Position numbers and translations under genes: made by a program | Notes under the pieces: model-generated | The model's database searches: none | The model's input: only the letters and a program-made list of their open reading frames with translations | What the model was told of the DNA's origin: nothing | DNA from: Dehalococcoidia bacterium | GTDB taxonomy: Bacteria > Chloroflexota > Dehalococcoidia > Bin125 | Reading direction: 5' to 3' | Assembly (NCBI GenBank): GCA_963662615.2 | Contig: CAXXSR010000001.1 | Location: forward strand, 416,001-480,000 | DNA length: 64,000 nucleotides | Shown: piece by piece, positions 61,794 to 64,000 of the stretch | Position numbering within the stretch: the stretch's first letter is position 1 | Layout of the letters: the number at the start of each line of letters is the position of its first letter

Positions 61794-62774
61794 TCAGGCG
61801 GGGCCGGCGTTGGCTGCGGGTCCGGTGTTGGCGAAGCGGCGTCGCATGGCCGGCACCACCTCGCGCATGTAGATGCGCAGCGCTTCTTGCTCCCAGGGCA
61901 CGCGCACGGCGACGTTGATGCGCTGCGCCCCCGCGGCGACGTAGGGGGCGATCAGGTCGGGTGCGTCGTCAAGGGTCCCCAGGATGGTGCCCTGGCGTCG
62001 CCCGGCGGCGGCATCTCCCCACTGCCGTTGTAACTGTTCCTCCAGCTCGTCAATCCGGCTCTTGTCCTGCGTGAGGTAGAACATCACGTTGATGCTGCGC
62101 TCAATGGCGGCGGGGTCGCGTCCCTCTTTGCGGCACCAGTCGTTGAGGACCCCGTTGAGCCGGCCGAACTCCTGCGGCGAGACGAAGGGGGCGTTCCAGG
62201 CGTCGGCGTGGCGGGCGGCGATGCGCAGGGTGCGCTTTTCGCCGCGACCGCCAATGCAGATGGGCACGCGCTCCTGGACCGGCGGCGGTTCACATCTGGC
62301 GTTCTCCAACTGATAATGCTTGCCGGCGAAGGTCGTCTCCTCCTGCGTCAAGAGGGAGCGCACGATCTGCACGGCCTCTTCCAACATGTCCATGCGCTGC
62401 CCGAGCGGGGGGAAGCGGTAGCCGTAGGCGCGAAACTCTTGCGCGTACCAGCCGGCGCCCAGGCCGATCTCCAGCCGTCCGTGCGAGACGTGGTCGATGG
62501 TGGTCAAGGACTTTGCCAGCGCCGCCGGATTGCGGTACGGCACGCAGAGGACCAGGCAGCCGATCCGGACCTGCTCCGTGACAGCGGCGATGGTCGTCAT
62601 GGTGGTGAGGGCCTCAAAGCTGGGCGAGCGGCCGCCGCGAGGCGGCACTTCGTAGAAATGGTCATAGATGGAGATGGCGTCCATGCCGGCCGCGTCGATC
62701 TCGCGCCAGAGCGCCCGCAGATCGTCCATGGGAAGATCCTGTGGGCCGATGTAGACGCCGAAGCTGACGCTCAT
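61794..62774 (-). CDS. LLM-class, probably F420-dependent, oxidoreductase
   Basis: YDHFY, YRNPAALAK, DHVSHGRLEIGLGAGW, IGGRGEKRTLRIAARHADAWN. Confidence 0.93.
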   Translation of the reverse strand: MSVSFGVYIGPQDLPMDDLRALWREIDAAGMDAISIYDHFYEVPPRGGRSPSFEALTTMTTIAAVTEQVRIGCLVLCVPYRNPAALAKSLTTIDHVSHGRLEIGLGAGWYAQEFRAYGYRFPPLGQRMDMLEEAVQIVRSLLTQEETTFAGKHYQLENARCEPPPVQERVPICIGGRGEKRTLRIAARHADAWNAPFVSPQEFGRLNGVLNDWCRKEGRDPAAIERSINVMFYLTQDKSRIDELEEQLQRQWGDAAAGRRQGTILGTLDDAPDLIAPYVAAGAQRINVAVRVPWEQEALRIYMREVVPAMRRRFANTGPAANAGPA

Positions 62775-62861
62775 CCCCCCTGCTCCCTTCGCCGCCCGCG
62801 GCGGACGGCGCGCGGCCGCCACGCGCGCGCGGCTGGAGGACGGGACGTGCGGCCCATCCTC

Positions 62862-63125
62862 CTACGGCTTCCCGCCGGCGCTAGAGCCCGAGGACTTGCC
62901 CGCCTTGGGTGGGGGGTAGCGGGACGGCCGTGGCACGGGGCGCGGCCCCCAGCCGCTCAACTCGATCAGGCCCTTGCCCACGTAGAAGAAGAGCATCCCG
63001 ACCGAGTAGATCAGCAGCGAGATGATGAACCAGAATGACCGGGCCAGGTTCTGGAGCCCCTCCAAGAAGAGCGAGGCCCGGCCTTTTTGCGGCGTTGGCG
63101 TTGGTGGGCTCGGTTGGGTGGCCAT
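62862..63125 (-). CDS. Small membrane protein
   Basis: One long hydrophobic segment; AAGGAAG SD. Confidence 0.6.
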   Translation of the reverse strand: MATQPSPPTPTPQKGRASLFLEGLQNLARSFWFIISLLIYSVGMLFFYVGKGLIELSGWGPRPVPRPSRYPPPKAGKSSGSSAGGKP

Positions 63126-63331
63126 GGGCGCGCGCTTCCTTCCGTTGGCGGCACGACCCGCCGGGCCTGCCGGCCGCGACCTGCGGCTCGGGGCGATGCT
63201 TGGGGGCGTGGAGACGGCGGCCCGCCCGCGGCAGCGTGAATGCTACCATGCCGCCCGACCGTGAGCGGGCAGCGGGCCGGGCCGCACCGCGAACGCTGCA
63301 CCGCGAAAGCTGCACCCTGAAAGGAGGCCCC

Positions 63332-63835
63332 ATGAGCCCTCGGGCGCGGGCGCGCCGCGAGATTCCGGAGTGGGCGCGGGGCGACCCGCTCATGGAGCAG
63401 TACGCGACCGAAGTCTTCGGCCGTCGCACTGATGATGAAGACGAACTCTTCGAGGTGATGTGCCTGCAGCTGTTCCAAGCCGGCTTGACCTGGCGGATGA
63501 TCCTGGCCCGCCGCGGCGCCTTTCGCAAAGCGTTCAAGGGCTGGCAGATTGAGAAGGTGGCGCGGATCACGCCGCGGGGGGTGGAACGGCTGTTGGCGGA
63601 CGCGTCGATCGTGCGCAACCGCAAGAAGATCGAGGCCTGCATCGCCAACGCCCGCGTGGTGCGGGAGATCCAGGGCGAGCATGGCTCCTTCTGCCGTTGG
63701 TTCTACGACGTACTAGACGGAGATGACTTGCCGGGTCTGCAAAAGCAGCTGCGCAGCAGGTTTCGGTTCATGGGACCGGAGATCGCGCGGATGTGGCTGA
63801 TCTCGGCCGGGCGCATTCCCGAGGGCACGCACTAG
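63332..63835 (+). CDS. tag: DNA-3-methyladenine glycosylase I-like protein (divergent)
   Basis: LFEVMCL..FQAGLTW..IL.RR..FRKAF, IVRNRKKIEACIANA, FRFMGP. Confidence 0.85.
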   Translation: MSPRARARREIPEWARGDPLMEQYATEVFGRRTDDEDELFEVMCLQLFQAGLTWRMILARRGAFRKAFKGWQIEKVARITPRGVERLLADASIVRNRKKIEACIANARVVREIQGEHGSFCRWFYDVLDGDDLPGLQKQLRSRFRFMGPEIARMWLISAGRIPEGTH

Positions 63836-63876
63836 CGCCTCGCCGCCAGCGCGCCGCCACGGTGCCGCGTCGGAGG

Positions 63877-63999
63877 CTAGTAGGCCGACCCGACGTCGGC
63901 TGTCGCTGCGGCCTGCACGACGTAGGCCTCGGCGCCGACGCCCTCACCGAGGTAGACGATGGCGTCGCCCTCGCCGGCCTCGACGTCGTCATCGCCCCA
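63877..63999 (-). CDS. C-terminal end of a gene extending beyond the window (possibly a LytR_C-like tail)
   Basis: WGDDDVEAGEGDAIVYLGEG...SAY* with GC3-rich codons. Confidence 0.5.
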   Translation of the reverse strand, partial: WGDDDVEAGEGDAIVYLGEGVGAEAYVVQAAATADVGSAY

Positions 64000-64000
64000 G

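Overview
High-GC bacterial chromosomal window (roughly 70% by eye). Gene content points to Chloroflexota, probably Dehalococcoidia: SAR202/Tepidiformales-like LLM oxidoreductases, CaiB CoA-transferases, SnoaL proteins, PAC2, and a long GreA with an N-terminal extension. This assignment is inference. Core genes: serS, lysS, leuS, two greA paralogues, rsmD-coaD, purE (frameshifted), rsmG, citrate synthase, nadE and tRNA-Ala(GGC). There is a complete A2-type caa3 cytochrome c oxidase operon with ctaG/ctaA/ctaB, several envelope genes (DD-carboxypeptidase, LysM/M23, GH18-like, collagen-like), a FliA/WhiG sigma factor and an accessory stretch at about 23.7-30.9 kb beside the tRNA. No CRISPR array, integrase, transposase or reverse transcriptase was found. 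Most notable observations: (1) the oxidase operon has a subunit II with a foreign beta-rich insertion and a first gene fusing a degenerate PD-(D/E)XK-like domain to two subunit-IV-like hairpins; (2) four genes appear to start at ATA/ATT/ATC/CTG behind Shine-Dalgarno-like sequences; (3) a palindromic intergenic repeat is inserted in frame in leuS and in a second gene; (4) one GreA lacks the catalytic acids while the other is fused to a recombinase core-binding-like domain; (5) three unrelated secreted proteins share an unnamed ~80-aa module; (6) short tandem amplifications are frequent at gene boundaries.
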